Assembly: GCA_037441845.1 (NCBI GenBank)
Contig: JBBIRK010000005.1
Coordinates: forward strand, 32,001-96,000
Length of the DNA stretch: 64,000 nucleotides
Direction: 5' to 3'
Source: Candidatus Zixiibacteriota bacterium
Lineage (GTDB): Bacteria; Zixibacteria; MSB-5A5; UBA10806; 4484-95
The notes under the pieces were generated by a model, which worked only from the letters and a program-made list of their open reading frames with translations, had not been told where the DNA came from and made no database searches. The position numbers and the translations under genes were made by a program. Below, one piece after another: positions 8,084 through 17,690 of the stretch. Positions within the stretch are counted from its first letter, which is position 1. Each line of letters begins with the position of its first letter.

Positions 8084-9550
8084 TTATTCTCCAAGCGCCG
8101 TTAATAGCGTCTGGAAAACACGAGTCATTTCGGGCTTGGGCATCGAGAACGTGTCGAAATTCAGCATTGCGACTCTGACCACGCTGCTGTGGGATACCAC
8201 ATGGCCGATCGGGTGCAGATATGGATGCGGCTCGTTTCCGTCCACATCGAGTCCCCAGAGGAAAAGGACCTCGGTATTGCTCTGGAGCCCGGGGGTTTCG
8301 ACGGCGTAGTCGAGTTGATCTCCGTTTTTGGCGACGTCGATCTTCATCGAATCCGGTAGGTCATAGGACGTTTCGGGATCTTTTATCGCCCAAGTAAATT
8401 CACCCCAATAGTCATAGCACCACTCGGTGGAATCGATTCCCAGCCAATCGTATTCGAAATCGCCCGGCCTGGGGGTCGGTCCGTTCGTTGGATCGTAGTC
8501 GCCCATATCAAGCAGCGTAAGGGCGCCTGTTATAAGCAGATTCCCGCCCTCATCAAGATAATATCTCATCACACCGCCGCCGACGGCGCCCACGTCATAC
8601 CACCAGGTGCCGTCGGTCGTACCCAGGTGTGAATCGGAGCAGAATACGATTGTCGAGTAAACCGGTTCACCACCATCGACAAGATCCGATGAATCGGGCA
8701 TGCCCTGAGAGTAAATATCCCATTCCGCAAAAGCATATCCCTCGAGAAGGTCTCTATAGAAATTCTTCTGCTCTCGTTCCTTCACCATATCGGGTGCGCC
8801 GAAAGGATCGGTCCAGAAGAAATCGTCGACGTAGAGAATCGACGCCTGCTTTATCACGAAGCTGAGCGAATCCCAATCGGAGATATTACCGGATGGATCC
8901 TGCGCTCTGACATAGAATAGGGCAGGATCGGCGGCTGGGACATCGGTTATCGTAGCCGTTGTCGAATTAATCCATTCGGAAGTGTCGTTGGTAGGGGCGA
9001 AAACATACTGATAAGTCAGAGTGTCGAAAATTCCCTTGCCGTCGCTTCCCTCCCAGGCAATATGAATAGCCCTGCCGGCGGCCACATATGAGCCATCAGC
9101 CGGACCACTGGTGATTTGAACCGTAGGATCCGTCGTATCCGCCGCCCCGGCCGCCGTATCGGAAACCACAAATACGCGACTGGCCACGGCGGTGTTACCC
9201 GCATCATCGGTCGCTCTCACATAGAAAGTATATGTGGCATCGTCGGGGGAATCAGCCCCGGCCAGGCCGGAATAGCTGACCGAGTTGACCATGGCACCAG
9301 TGCCGTAATTACTTTCCAGCGGCGAGAGATACCATTGGTATGATGTAATCTTCCCGCTGCCGCCCCTCGAATTCCAGGTGAAGGCGACGGTAGAATTATG
9401 AGGCACGGCGGTCGAGGTATCCGGCCCGGAAAGTATGAATACCGTCAGGGCTTCCTCGGCTGCCGGCTCCCATGGATTTTCTTTGCTGCAACCGAATATG
9501 ATGGCCATAACCATCAAACCGGCAGCGAATATAAGGGCTGTTTTTTTCAT
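8084..9550 (-). CDS. Lipoprotein with Ig/FN3-like repeats and a C-terminal alpha/beta domain; function unknown
   Basis: MKKTALIFAAGLMVMAIIFGC lipobox; SD AGGAG upstream of ATG 9550; two repeats (ILSGP...FTW...YQW...FYVRATD and ITSGP...IAWEG...YQY...FYVRAQD); SILYVDD...GGNLLITG domain. Confidence 0.75.
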   Translation of the reverse strand: MKKTALIFAAGLMVMAIIFGCSKENPWEPAAEEALTVFILSGPDTSTAVPHNSTVAFTWNSRGGSGKITSYQWYLSPLESNYGTGAMVNSVSYSGLAGADSPDDATYTFYVRATDDAGNTAVASRVFVVSDTAAGAADTTDPTVQITSGPADGSYVAAGRAIHIAWEGSDGKGIFDTLTYQYVFAPTNDTSEWINSTTATITDVPAADPALFYVRAQDPSGNISDWDSLSFVIKQASILYVDDFFWTDPFGAPDMVKEREQKNFYRDLLEGYAFAEWDIYSQGMPDSSDLVDGGEPVYSTIVFCSDSHLGTTDGTWWYDVGAVGGGVMRYYLDEGGNLLITGALTLLDMGDYDPTNGPTPRPGDFEYDWLGIDSTEWCYDYWGEFTWAIKDPETSYDLPDSMKIDVAKNGDQLDYAVETPGLQSNTEVLFLWGLDVDGNEPHPYLHPIGHVVSHSSVVRVAMLNFDTFSMPKPEMTRVFQTLLTALGE

Positions 9551-9581
9551 TGCATTTTCTCCTTTCTCCGGTTGATGGTTT

Positions 9582-11348
9582 CTATTGTATTCCCATGTAG
9601 TATCTGAGAATGACATCGATATTGCTCTTCAGAAGCGCATTGGACCAGCGGTAGTTTCTGCCCGCGATAAAGCAGAATTCTCCGCCGCCGGCGATCCCAT
9701 TCGGCATCACGATGAACCCCGCGTGCGCAGTCCCGGTGTTGGGATTATATAGCACGGTTACCGATGAATGGCCATCGGTAGTTGGGATGTCTGTCAATGA
9801 TTGCGAGCCGGTTCTGGTGATGTTAGTAAGGCTGTCGACGACCGCAACCAGTGAAGTTGGGTTCGCTCCGGTGGTCCAGGAGCTGATATGAGTATAAGCG
9901 GTTAGGTCATCGCCGAAGAAGGCAGAACCAAATCTGGTTGCCAGCAGGACATTGCCGCCGTTGTTCATATAGGCAAGGATAGTCGGCTCGAGATCTTCCC
10001 AGTAAGTCAGATCACCGGCATAATTATTGCCGAACCAAATCACGGCATCGAAAAACAAAGTATCGAACAACCATTCGGGCGGCGCTCCCACTCCAAGAAG
10101 GCTGTCCGCATGCGGACGTCCGCCTGCCGGAGGAACGAGGAATAGATCCCACCATTTATAATGGGTCCTGTTTCCCCAAGCAACTCCGTTGTTCCAAACG
10201 TTTACAGCTTCGCTGCCGTAAGTGGCCCAATCGATACCATTCACACAAAGAACACCGTCGCCGGCCAGAACCTCGACGACTTCAAAATCAACGGTATCCG
10301 ACGTCGTCGAACTGCCGCCGATATCATAGGCGATGACCTCAATCCAATGAGAGCCGGCCTCGACATTGTACAACGGCACGGTCCCTGCGCTGACATCCAG
10401 CGTATCGCTGCCGGAAATAACGTAGAAAGTATCTATCAGGTTGATATAACGGATCGATGCCCCGGTGCTGGCGTTGATCAGGAAACTATCGATAAAGCTG
10501 TAATAGAAATCGACGGTTGCGTCGATAGTTACTATCAGCTCTTCGATCTCAGGATTCGTGTAGGGCACAACGAACATATCGTCGTTCCTAATCGAAAGTG
10601 CAAGCTCCGGAGCCAAAGTCGTATCCACGACAACGCTCACCGATGCCGGCGAAGGATCTATGGCGCCGAAATTATCGTGGGCGCGGAACTTGATCGTATG
10701 AGCGCCGCCGGAAAGGCCGCGTACCAAGACTACACCGGTTCCGGCGATGACGTTGGCGGCGACTTTGGTCCACGCAGTATCTGAGTCAACCTGATATTCG
10801 ACCGTATCCATTACTCCATCGACATCTTCGCCGCGAATCACCACTCTGATACCGGCGCCTGTGACCGCACCGTTCGGCGGCTCCTCGACCACCGTATTCG
10901 GGGGATAATTGAAGCCGACCACTCCGGTTCTGGTTATCGTGATTTCGGCCGGTGTGGCGCTCCATTCGCGGATGTCATCCTGCGCGGAAACTTGAAACAA
11001 GTAATCCTGCGCCAGGTTCGGAAAATCGAGACTTACTGTCGTGGTAACGTCCGAAATCGTTTGCCAGCGCGACAGATTATTCGTGCCGGCCCAGAGGCTA
11101 TCGCCGTCTCCATAGAATATGCGCCACCGATACTGAATGATATACCCATCCGGGTCATTGGCTCCCCAATAAACCGTCACTGGATACGTATATCCGGAAA
11201 CGGGCGCAACGGACATCTGATAGCCCGTAATTAATGAGGTTGGCGGCACATTAGCCTGCGGCTTTTCACCTTCTTCGGCACAGTTCACCACCAGAAGAGA
11301 GGCCAAAAGCACCAAGCCGGTTATCTTCAGAAACTTCAGGTTTTTCAT
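9582..11348 (-). CDS. Probable lipoprotein with Ig/FN3-like repeats and a C-terminal alpha/beta domain; function unknown
   Basis: MKNLKFLK...LLVVNC signal/lipobox; repeats WGANDPDG...FQVSAQD and GEDVDG...FRAHDNFG; C-terminal GGNVLLA segment; SD GGAGG. Confidence 0.72.
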   Translation of the reverse strand: MKNLKFLKITGLVLLASLLVVNCAEEGEKPQANVPPTSLITGYQMSVAPVSGYTYPVTVYWGANDPDGYIIQYRWRIFYGDGDSLWAGTNNLSRWQTISDVTTTVSLDFPNLAQDYLFQVSAQDDIREWSATPAEITITRTGVVGFNYPPNTVVEEPPNGAVTGAGIRVVIRGEDVDGVMDTVEYQVDSDTAWTKVAANVIAGTGVVLVRGLSGGAHTIKFRAHDNFGAIDPSPASVSVVVDTTLAPELALSIRNDDMFVVPYTNPEIEELIVTIDATVDFYYSFIDSFLINASTGASIRYINLIDTFYVISGSDTLDVSAGTVPLYNVEAGSHWIEVIAYDIGGSSTTSDTVDFEVVEVLAGDGVLCVNGIDWATYGSEAVNVWNNGVAWGNRTHYKWWDLFLVPPAGGRPHADSLLGVGAPPEWLFDTLFFDAVIWFGNNYAGDLTYWEDLEPTILAYMNNGGNVLLATRFGSAFFGDDLTAYTHISSWTTGANPTSLVAVVDSLTNITRTGSQSLTDIPTTDGHSSVTVLYNPNTGTAHAGFIVMPNGIAGGGEFCFIAGRNYRWSNALLKSNIDVILRYYMGIQ

Positions 11349-11381
11349 ATGTTCTAACTTGCCTCCATCTTTGGCGATCGG

Positions 11382-12419
11382 TTAAAAGCTCAGGCTGGTG
11401 GATACCCGATGAATTGCATTCAGGCGTCCCCAATCGTTATATGCGTAATCGACCGAAAAACTGGCGTCTGCCGCAAAAGGAAACCTAATGCCCGCACCGG
11501 CCGTGAATCCGCCCTCGTCCATATTGAGCTTCCAACCGGCCCTGATAGCGATAGTTTCCTTATACCAATACTCGCCGCCGAATTGATAACGTTCTTCGTT
11601 ATCCGGCGGATGCGCCAATTCGGCTACCAGAGTGGCTTTGGAGTAGTCGTTCTGAACAACGTCCATGGCCAATCCGGCACGGAAAGTCAATGGTATCGGG
11701 ACATCTTTCTGCACCAGGTCTTCGTCGATCAATCCATCGCCATCATTATCCTGGCCATCGAGCCTGTCTTCATCAACCAATCCGTCTTGATCCTCATCGA
11801 CGTCGAATCTCACGTCAGGGCCGAAGTTCAATATGGCCATTCCGATTCTGATGGTCTTGAAACCGGTTTCATAGTAAGAACCGATATCCACGGCCCAGCT
11901 ATTGACTTTCCAATCAGCGATTTGCTCGTGCAGATATTTGAACGTCGTTCCAAAACAGAATCGATCGGTCAGGTATTTGGCATAGGTCAGGCCGAACCAA
12001 TAGTCCTCGTAGGCGAACGTCCCCGAATTGATACCGTCGATATCTTTTATCGTGGTTCTGTTCATCAATCCGGTATTCAGCAGAGTGCCGGCGAATCCCA
12101 CCGAGCTTGAACCGAGCATAGGCAGTTCGGCTCTTTTGGCCAGCGCAAACGAGTAGAGAAAAATATCGGCCGGCCATTTGGTGAATCCGGCGAACAGATC
12201 ACCGTTTTTGATATTGCCGATACCGGCCGGATTCCAGAAAATCGCAGAGGCGTCATTAGCGATGGCGGCGTAAGCCTCGCCCATCGCCAGCGCCCTTCCG
12301 CCGACGCCGATATCCAAAAACTTCAGCCCCACCGTTCCCTTCTTGGCAAATTGGCAATACGCGGTCGAGCCAAAGGCCGTAAAGGCAACAGCGAGAAGAA
12401 TTACAATTGTCTTTCTCAT
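11382..12419 (-). CDS. PorV/PorQ-family (UPF0164) outer-membrane beta-barrel
   Basis: Signal peptide; FLDIGVGGRALAMGEAY...FWNPAG signature; amphipathic strands; C-terminal HRVSTSLSF. Confidence 0.85.
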   Translation of the reverse strand: MRKTIVILLAVAFTAFGSTAYCQFAKKGTVGLKFLDIGVGGRALAMGEAYAAIANDASAIFWNPAGIGNIKNGDLFAGFTKWPADIFLYSFALAKRAELPMLGSSSVGFAGTLLNTGLMNRTTIKDIDGINSGTFAYEDYWFGLTYAKYLTDRFCFGTTFKYLHEQIADWKVNSWAVDIGSYYETGFKTIRIGMAILNFGPDVRFDVDEDQDGLVDEDRLDGQDNDGDGLIDEDLVQKDVPIPLTFRAGLAMDVVQNDYSKATLVAELAHPPDNEERYQFGGEYWYKETIAIRAGWKLNMDEGGFTAGAGIRFPFAADASFSVDYAYNDWGRLNAIHRVSTSLSF

Positions 12420-12443
12420 ATCGTGATTCCCTCCAATCTTCCT

Positions 12444-14297
12444 TTAGCGAACCACGGCGAATTTGCCAACGAAATCGTCTTCACCCGGGGCGGAGACGAC
12501 ATAAAGATACAATCCCGAAACCACCGTTTGCATTTTATCGGTGATCAGATCCCAGTTCGCTCGTTTTTCCCAATCACCGTTGCTGTCCTGCGCCGTTTTC
12601 AGGGTCGTCAACAGATCACCGGTCAGGGTATAAATTCTGACGGTGGCATTATCGGGTAAATTCACGAAAACGATCCTGTCCGTCGATGGAAAATCGACAT
12701 TGGCCAGATAGCCGAAATCCGGGTCGATCCTGGCCACGAATGGGTTGGGGACCACGTGGATTCCCGTCTCCGAATTGGCCGTTGGAAAATTGACCCCGAT
12801 TTCTATCCTCTTGCCGACACCTTTGCCGGATTCGAGCGATTCGATTCCCTGGAGCGGATAACCTTTATCGTAGGAGGTGACTGTGTACCAATAAGGATAA
12901 TAGTTGTTCACTCCGTGGTCAACGAATGAATGAGTAAGACCCGTATTCGGACCGATAGAATCTATTTTATCGCACTCCATCAGCAGAGTCCATGGGCCGG
13001 TTTGGGTTTTTCGCCAAACCCGGTAACCTTCGAAATCGTATTCGCCGGTTGAAGGATCGGGAGTGTTTTCCGGCGCGTCGCTCCATTCGATCGTGGCCTG
13101 GTTGTTCCCCTCGCTTGTGACAGTAAAGCTTGGGCTTGGCGGCGCCGATGGACCGACCCAATTGTCTTCGAACAACTTGGCAGCCCAAGCGAGGTTCGTA
13201 CGCAATCCCTCGAGACCCTCACCGATACCGAACGCCAGAACCACTCTGATCGATTCGCCGGCAGGTATCGAGAACGGCCCCATTTTCTGCAAGAATCGGA
13301 AATCGTGCGGCGATGGAGGCGGAGCCAGCCAGGTGGTATCGGAAACCCTTGCGTAATATTCTTCATCGTCGCTTGGGTCCGAATTCCAATCCCACCAGCC
13401 GTGACCGGTTTGGCGCCCCACAACTGTGTCGCCGATTACGGGCGGACAGTACAATACTCTACTGCCTAAATAGCCGGCGCATTCCTTGGGGATCTTGTTG
13501 CCGCCGATATCATTTCCGGGAACGGTGGGATTATCGCCGTCATAAATGTAGGAGATGTATTCTTTATTGACGTCATCACGATAGTAACCCACCAGATCAT
13601 CGCGGCTATATGCCTGCGCCCCGTCGCCACCTTCCGCGGTCGCCACGTCGCAATCGGCATGCAGAGCCACATAAAACGGACTGAGTGTATCGCTTTCGTT
13701 GATGTTCACAATCCAGAAGTCATAGATGATGAAATCGTCACGGTAGGACTCGGACCAGGCATAGGTGTATTCGTGAACCCTGACGCCTATGCGCAAATCT
13801 TCGGGGACCCGCTGCGATTGATCATCGATATAGAAATGGGTGTCGAAAGCGCTGATCGCCGTGGTGTCGAATACATTTGATGTAGTGTCGATCTGGGTGG
13901 CCCTGTCGGAAGACAGATGAACCAGCTTATTGTCGTAGCCGAGCCTGAGGCTGGCATAGTATAGATAGCTGTTCATCGAGTACTTCGACGGCGTTTTCCA
14001 GACCATCGACGGCAATTCCAAGGCGTCGTCGCCTATTATGATGGTCCAGTCTTCGGTGCCGGTAACTTTCTCGAAAGTGGTGTTGCATATTCTGTTTTCC
14101 ACCATGCCTACCCTGCAGACCACTTCTGTGGCATCGATCGGCACACCGGCTTTCCCGAGACCGCCGTGATTTATTAGCGGGTTATCAGCCGCCTGCCTGG
14201 ATCTGGCATCAGCTTCTTGCCCGAAAAAAACGGCAACCAGCATGACTGACAGAAACACCAGCCCGGCTATTTTCCCCGCCTCAAAGGTTTTTTTCAT
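12444..14297 (-). CDS. Secreted protein with FN3 domain and a T9SS-like C-terminal sorting domain
   Basis: Signal peptide; FN3 (DFEGYRVW...YWYTVTSYD); C-terminal VVPNP...FVNLP...RIYTLTGDL...WDL...SGLYLY...GKFAVVR. Confidence 0.75.
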   Translation of the reverse strand: MKKTFEAGKIAGLVFLSVMLVAVFFGQEADARSRQAADNPLINHGGLGKAGVPIDATEVVCRVGMVENRICNTTFEKVTGTEDWTIIIGDDALELPSMVWKTPSKYSMNSYLYYASLRLGYDNKLVHLSSDRATQIDTTSNVFDTTAISAFDTHFYIDDQSQRVPEDLRIGVRVHEYTYAWSESYRDDFIIYDFWIVNINESDTLSPFYVALHADCDVATAEGGDGAQAYSRDDLVGYYRDDVNKEYISYIYDGDNPTVPGNDIGGNKIPKECAGYLGSRVLYCPPVIGDTVVGRQTGHGWWDWNSDPSDDEEYYARVSDTTWLAPPPSPHDFRFLQKMGPFSIPAGESIRVVLAFGIGEGLEGLRTNLAWAAKLFEDNWVGPSAPPSPSFTVTSEGNNQATIEWSDAPENTPDPSTGEYDFEGYRVWRKTQTGPWTLLMECDKIDSIGPNTGLTHSFVDHGVNNYYPYWYTVTSYDKGYPLQGIESLESGKGVGKRIEIGVNFPTANSETGIHVVPNPFVARIDPDFGYLANVDFPSTDRIVFVNLPDNATVRIYTLTGDLLTTLKTAQDSNGDWEKRANWDLITDKMQTVVSGLYLYVVSAPGEDDFVGKFAVVR

Positions 14298-14351
14298 TTC
14301 GATTTACTCCTCCACTTGTTTCTTTGAATAGTCAACTCTGCCAACCGGAGC

Positions 14352-17300
14352 TTAGAATAACATTTCCATTCCCAGGAATATCCGGCGCGGATCGGAATAG
14401 TCATCGGGATCGGCGAACTGGCCGCCCGGTTCACCGGTCAGATCATAGCGTTTCGCGTCGCTGGTGGAAACGATGTTGGCTCTGTTGGTCAGATTCCTGA
14501 CTTCGACAAAGAAATTCGTGGTAAACGTCTTGTACAGGTTGAATCCCTTGTCGACACGGATATCGATTCGATGGCTCGCCGGGAACGTCTTGTCGTTGAC
14601 CGGCGGGATGTTGGGCGGCGGGACGTTGCTGGCACTGGTATATGGTGTCCCGGAACCATAGGCGTAATAGAAATCGAATCCCCAATCACCCAAGAAATGA
14701 TAGTTGCCGATCGCCGGGCCCCAGGTTTCCGGAAGCCGATAATTCAGGTTGACCCGGGCGGTATGACGTTGGTCCGAATCGAGCGGAAAATCTTCAGTCA
14801 GAGGCTTGCGGTTGAAATAGTGATTGGTGAAGTTCAGATCGTTCTGCGACGATCTGCCGCGTGCTATCTGGTAGGTGTAAGTCACGACACCCGAAATGTT
14901 GTGCCAGGAACGTTGAGTGAGGGTGAATTCGAATCCCTTGACCCTGGCGTAGTCGGAGTTGGTTCTGACCCAGAAAATTCCACTCGGGAACGTCACTTTT
15001 CTGTAATCGACCAGATCGCTTATATCCTTGTAGAAACCGGTGACTGACAATTTAAGAAAGTCGTTGAAACCATGTTCCAGGCCGGCCTCATAGGCGACGG
15101 TCTTCTCTTCGTTGACGTTCGGGTTGCCGATATATTTATGCGCTCCGCGAAGATCATAGCCGGAGTTCATGTAGAAAATGTCGAACATCGGCAGTTGGAA
15201 GTAGTGGCCGTAACTGACGTGCAGCACGTCTTTCTCGGTAATCGGGAAACTGATTCCGATGCGGGGCGACAATTGCTGCTTGGCCTTTGCCTTGGAAGCT
15301 CCTTTCAGGCGTTTTTCAGGTTCGAACATGTAATCGACATTGTTGACGTCATTGACGTAAGCCGGCAGCAGCGCGTCGGCAAAGTTGGCGGGAACCCAGG
15401 CCTTCGGGTCAAAGAAATCTAACCTCAAACCGATTGTCAAAATCATTCCTTCGCTTTCCAGCTTATTTTGCGCGTAGGCGCTCAGCTGGTAGGGCTTGTA
15501 GTGGAACTGATCGTTGTAGTCGTTGCCACCCGATGCGATTGAGGTCCCGTCCTTGAATAAATCGAATGTCTTATACTCAAAGCCGGTTTTCATCAGATTC
15601 CGGGAATCGACCTGACTGGTGAAATCGCCCTTGAAAGTGTAGACTGTCTGATAATCATCCTGTGTCCGTCTACGTCCGAGATACATGGGATCGAAATCGG
15701 CGCCCTGGAATGTCGTACGGGTCGGGAAAAATCTCGATTCGTGCATCTCCTCGTAGGTTAATGGGTGCCCGTCGAAAGGATCGTAGGTTCGAGCCCGCTT
15801 GGAGGTATAGAACCGCGAGAAATTCAGCGAATAATAGCTGCGCGGGCTGAGATTGTTGGAGAATGCGATCGACAACTGGTTAGACCAGCTGTGGGCGCGG
15901 AATTGATTCAGCGCCATGTTGTAATTCGTGTAGGTTCTCGCCCAGCCGCCCGACTCAACCCGTTTGACCGCTTCGGCGACGGCATCCAGCAAAGAATGTC
16001 CGTTGATGGTGCTGTCGCTGAATCCACGGGATGGATATTCATCGATTGCCAGCGAATCCGGTAATTCGAGAATCGAGTTTAGGTGATAGAAAAACGCCGA
16101 GTCGGCCTGACTTGAGGTGTAGCCATGCCCGACGATCCAGCCCCAGGGAGTGGCGGTATAGACGGTATCGAGACCTTCGCCTTCGATATCCACGTAGTAA
16201 AGCTCTTTACCCTCGGGGATATCTTGAGGACGTTCGTATTTTTCGCCGGTGCCCACCCAATAAACCGGGCCGCTCATATAGACCGGCTGACCCCAGGTCA
16301 GGGTAAGACGTCTGGCGAAATCATAGGGAACGTAGCTGTAGAACGAGCTCAAGCCCGATATGGTGATCTTCTTGGACGAACTCAAGCTATAAGACAACCG
16401 GCCCTGAATCGACTGGCCCTTTTCCCAAAAATCCGGGTCGCGGGGATCGCGGTTAAAGCTATAAGTCCCCGAAGTGAAGAAACTTAATTTACCCGGTATA
16501 TCCACCCGCTCGAGCGGAACCGGCCCGCCGAACGACCAATCATGCTGGCGCCAATCGTAAATTTTAGACCGGCGCTTGTCGTCATAGGTTTTATCCTTGA
16601 CCCACTCGTAACCGGTCTGATTGCCCAAGCTATCGAAAACAGGATTGACTCCGACTATGGGCAGGCCGTTGCTGCCATAACGACGGTTGCCGTAAATATC
16701 CCATCCGAAAAGCGCATCAGGGGAGGATTTCGACTTGAACTTGCCTGAATAAGCATTGCCTCCTTCTTTGGAGACAACGTTTATCACGGCGGATTGTACG
16801 CTCGGATACTCGGCTCCGAATCCACCGGTCAAGACTTCAGCCTCGGCGATCGCTTCATCGGGGATAACAGTCGCCAGATCGGTCGATGATCCCGATCCCG
16901 GGCGGATACCATAAGTGGCCCCGAGGGGATTGGAAAGGTTAATTCCGTCGAGCATGTAAACGACCTCGCCGGTTCCGACGCGGCCGCCACGGAATGAACC
17001 GAGCACGTTTCCGGCGTTCACGCTCACTCGATCGATCAGACCCGAAACAGCCGAACTGGTGAGCTCAGTCGGCGAAATCCGCATACGGCTCGCAGTGAGG
17101 TCTTTCTCGATCAACGGACGTTCGGCTTCAACCGTTATCGTTCCGACGTCGATCGTCTCGGTTTCCAAGGCAAGGTCAAGGCTGGTGGTCAAATCGATGG
17201 TCACCACAACGTTTTTGACATCCACCGGCCGATAACCAATCAGGTTGACTTTGAGCGTATAGTTACCCGGAGGGACGTTTATTATGAAAAATTCGCCCTG

Positions 17301-17483
17301 AATGTTGGTCGCGGCGCCGATATTGGTTCCGGCGATTACGACATTTACACCGGGTAACGGTTCTCCAGTTTGCTTATCGGTGATTTTGCCCGCGATTTTG
17401 CCAGTGGTGCCGGCAAATGCCCCTGTTACCAAAGTCAAGGCGAGCAACAATACCGTAAGTGCAGTTAATGGTTTAAGGAGCAA
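14352..17483 (-). CDS. TonB-dependent outer-membrane transporter with N-terminal carboxypeptidase-regulatory-like domain
   Basis: TTG start after AGGAGG; GKIAGKITDKQTGEPLPGVNV domain; plug (RGGR...YMLDG...TGGFGAEY...VINVV); barrel motifs SPRIGISF, GNPN, YEAG; C-terminal PRRIFLGMEMLF. Confidence 0.93.
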   Translation of the reverse strand: MLLKPLTALTVLLLALTLVTGAFAGTTGKIAGKITDKQTGEPLPGVNVVIAGTNIGAATNIQGEFFIINVPPGNYTLKVNLIGYRPVDVKNVVVTIDLTTSLDLALETETIDVGTITVEAERPLIEKDLTASRMRISPTELTSSAVSGLIDRVSVNAGNVLGSFRGGRVGTGEVVYMLDGINLSNPLGATYGIRPGSGSSTDLATVIPDEAIAEAEVLTGGFGAEYPSVQSAVINVVSKEGGNAYSGKFKSKSSPDALFGWDIYGNRRYGSNGLPIVGVNPVFDSLGNQTGYEWVKDKTYDDKRRSKIYDWRQHDWSFGGPVPLERVDIPGKLSFFTSGTYSFNRDPRDPDFWEKGQSIQGRLSYSLSSSKKITISGLSSFYSYVPYDFARRLTLTWGQPVYMSGPVYWVGTGEKYERPQDIPEGKELYYVDIEGEGLDTVYTATPWGWIVGHGYTSSQADSAFFYHLNSILELPDSLAIDEYPSRGFSDSTINGHSLLDAVAEAVKRVESGGWARTYTNYNMALNQFRAHSWSNQLSIAFSNNLSPRSYYSLNFSRFYTSKRARTYDPFDGHPLTYEEMHESRFFPTRTTFQGADFDPMYLGRRRTQDDYQTVYTFKGDFTSQVDSRNLMKTGFEYKTFDLFKDGTSIASGGNDYNDQFHYKPYQLSAYAQNKLESEGMILTIGLRLDFFDPKAWVPANFADALLPAYVNDVNNVDYMFEPEKRLKGASKAKAKQQLSPRIGISFPITEKDVLHVSYGHYFQLPMFDIFYMNSGYDLRGAHKYIGNPNVNEEKTVAYEAGLEHGFNDFLKLSVTGFYKDISDLVDYRKVTFPSGIFWVRTNSDYARVKGFEFTLTQRSWHNISGVVTYTYQIARGRSSQNDLNFTNHYFNRKPLTEDFPLDSDQRHTARVNLNYRLPETWGPAIGNYHFLGDWGFDFYYAYGSGTPYTSASNVPPPNIPPVNDKTFPASHRIDIRVDKGFNLYKTFTTNFFVEVRNLTNRANIVSTSDAKRYDLTGEPGGQFADPDDYSDPRRIFLGMEMLF

Positions 17484-17660
17484 AATGAATCCCTCCTTCG
17501 TTAATTTTGGGTTAGCATTTGATTGATCGAATCACTTCGCAAATCAATAGCGTTTTGGTTCCGGTTACCTCCATCACATTAAACGGTTAAATCTAAAAAG
17601 AATAACCTATGACTAATAGCCCGATGAATAAAACCATATTGTTCCCCTCATCACATTTTG

Positions 17661-17690
17661 ACATTAGGAGCAATACAATGATTCTGTCAA
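17661..17690 (-). promoter_or_regulatory. Putative sigma-70 promoter of the TBDR operon
   Basis: TTGACA-18nt-TAATGT on the minus strand. Confidence 0.45.
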
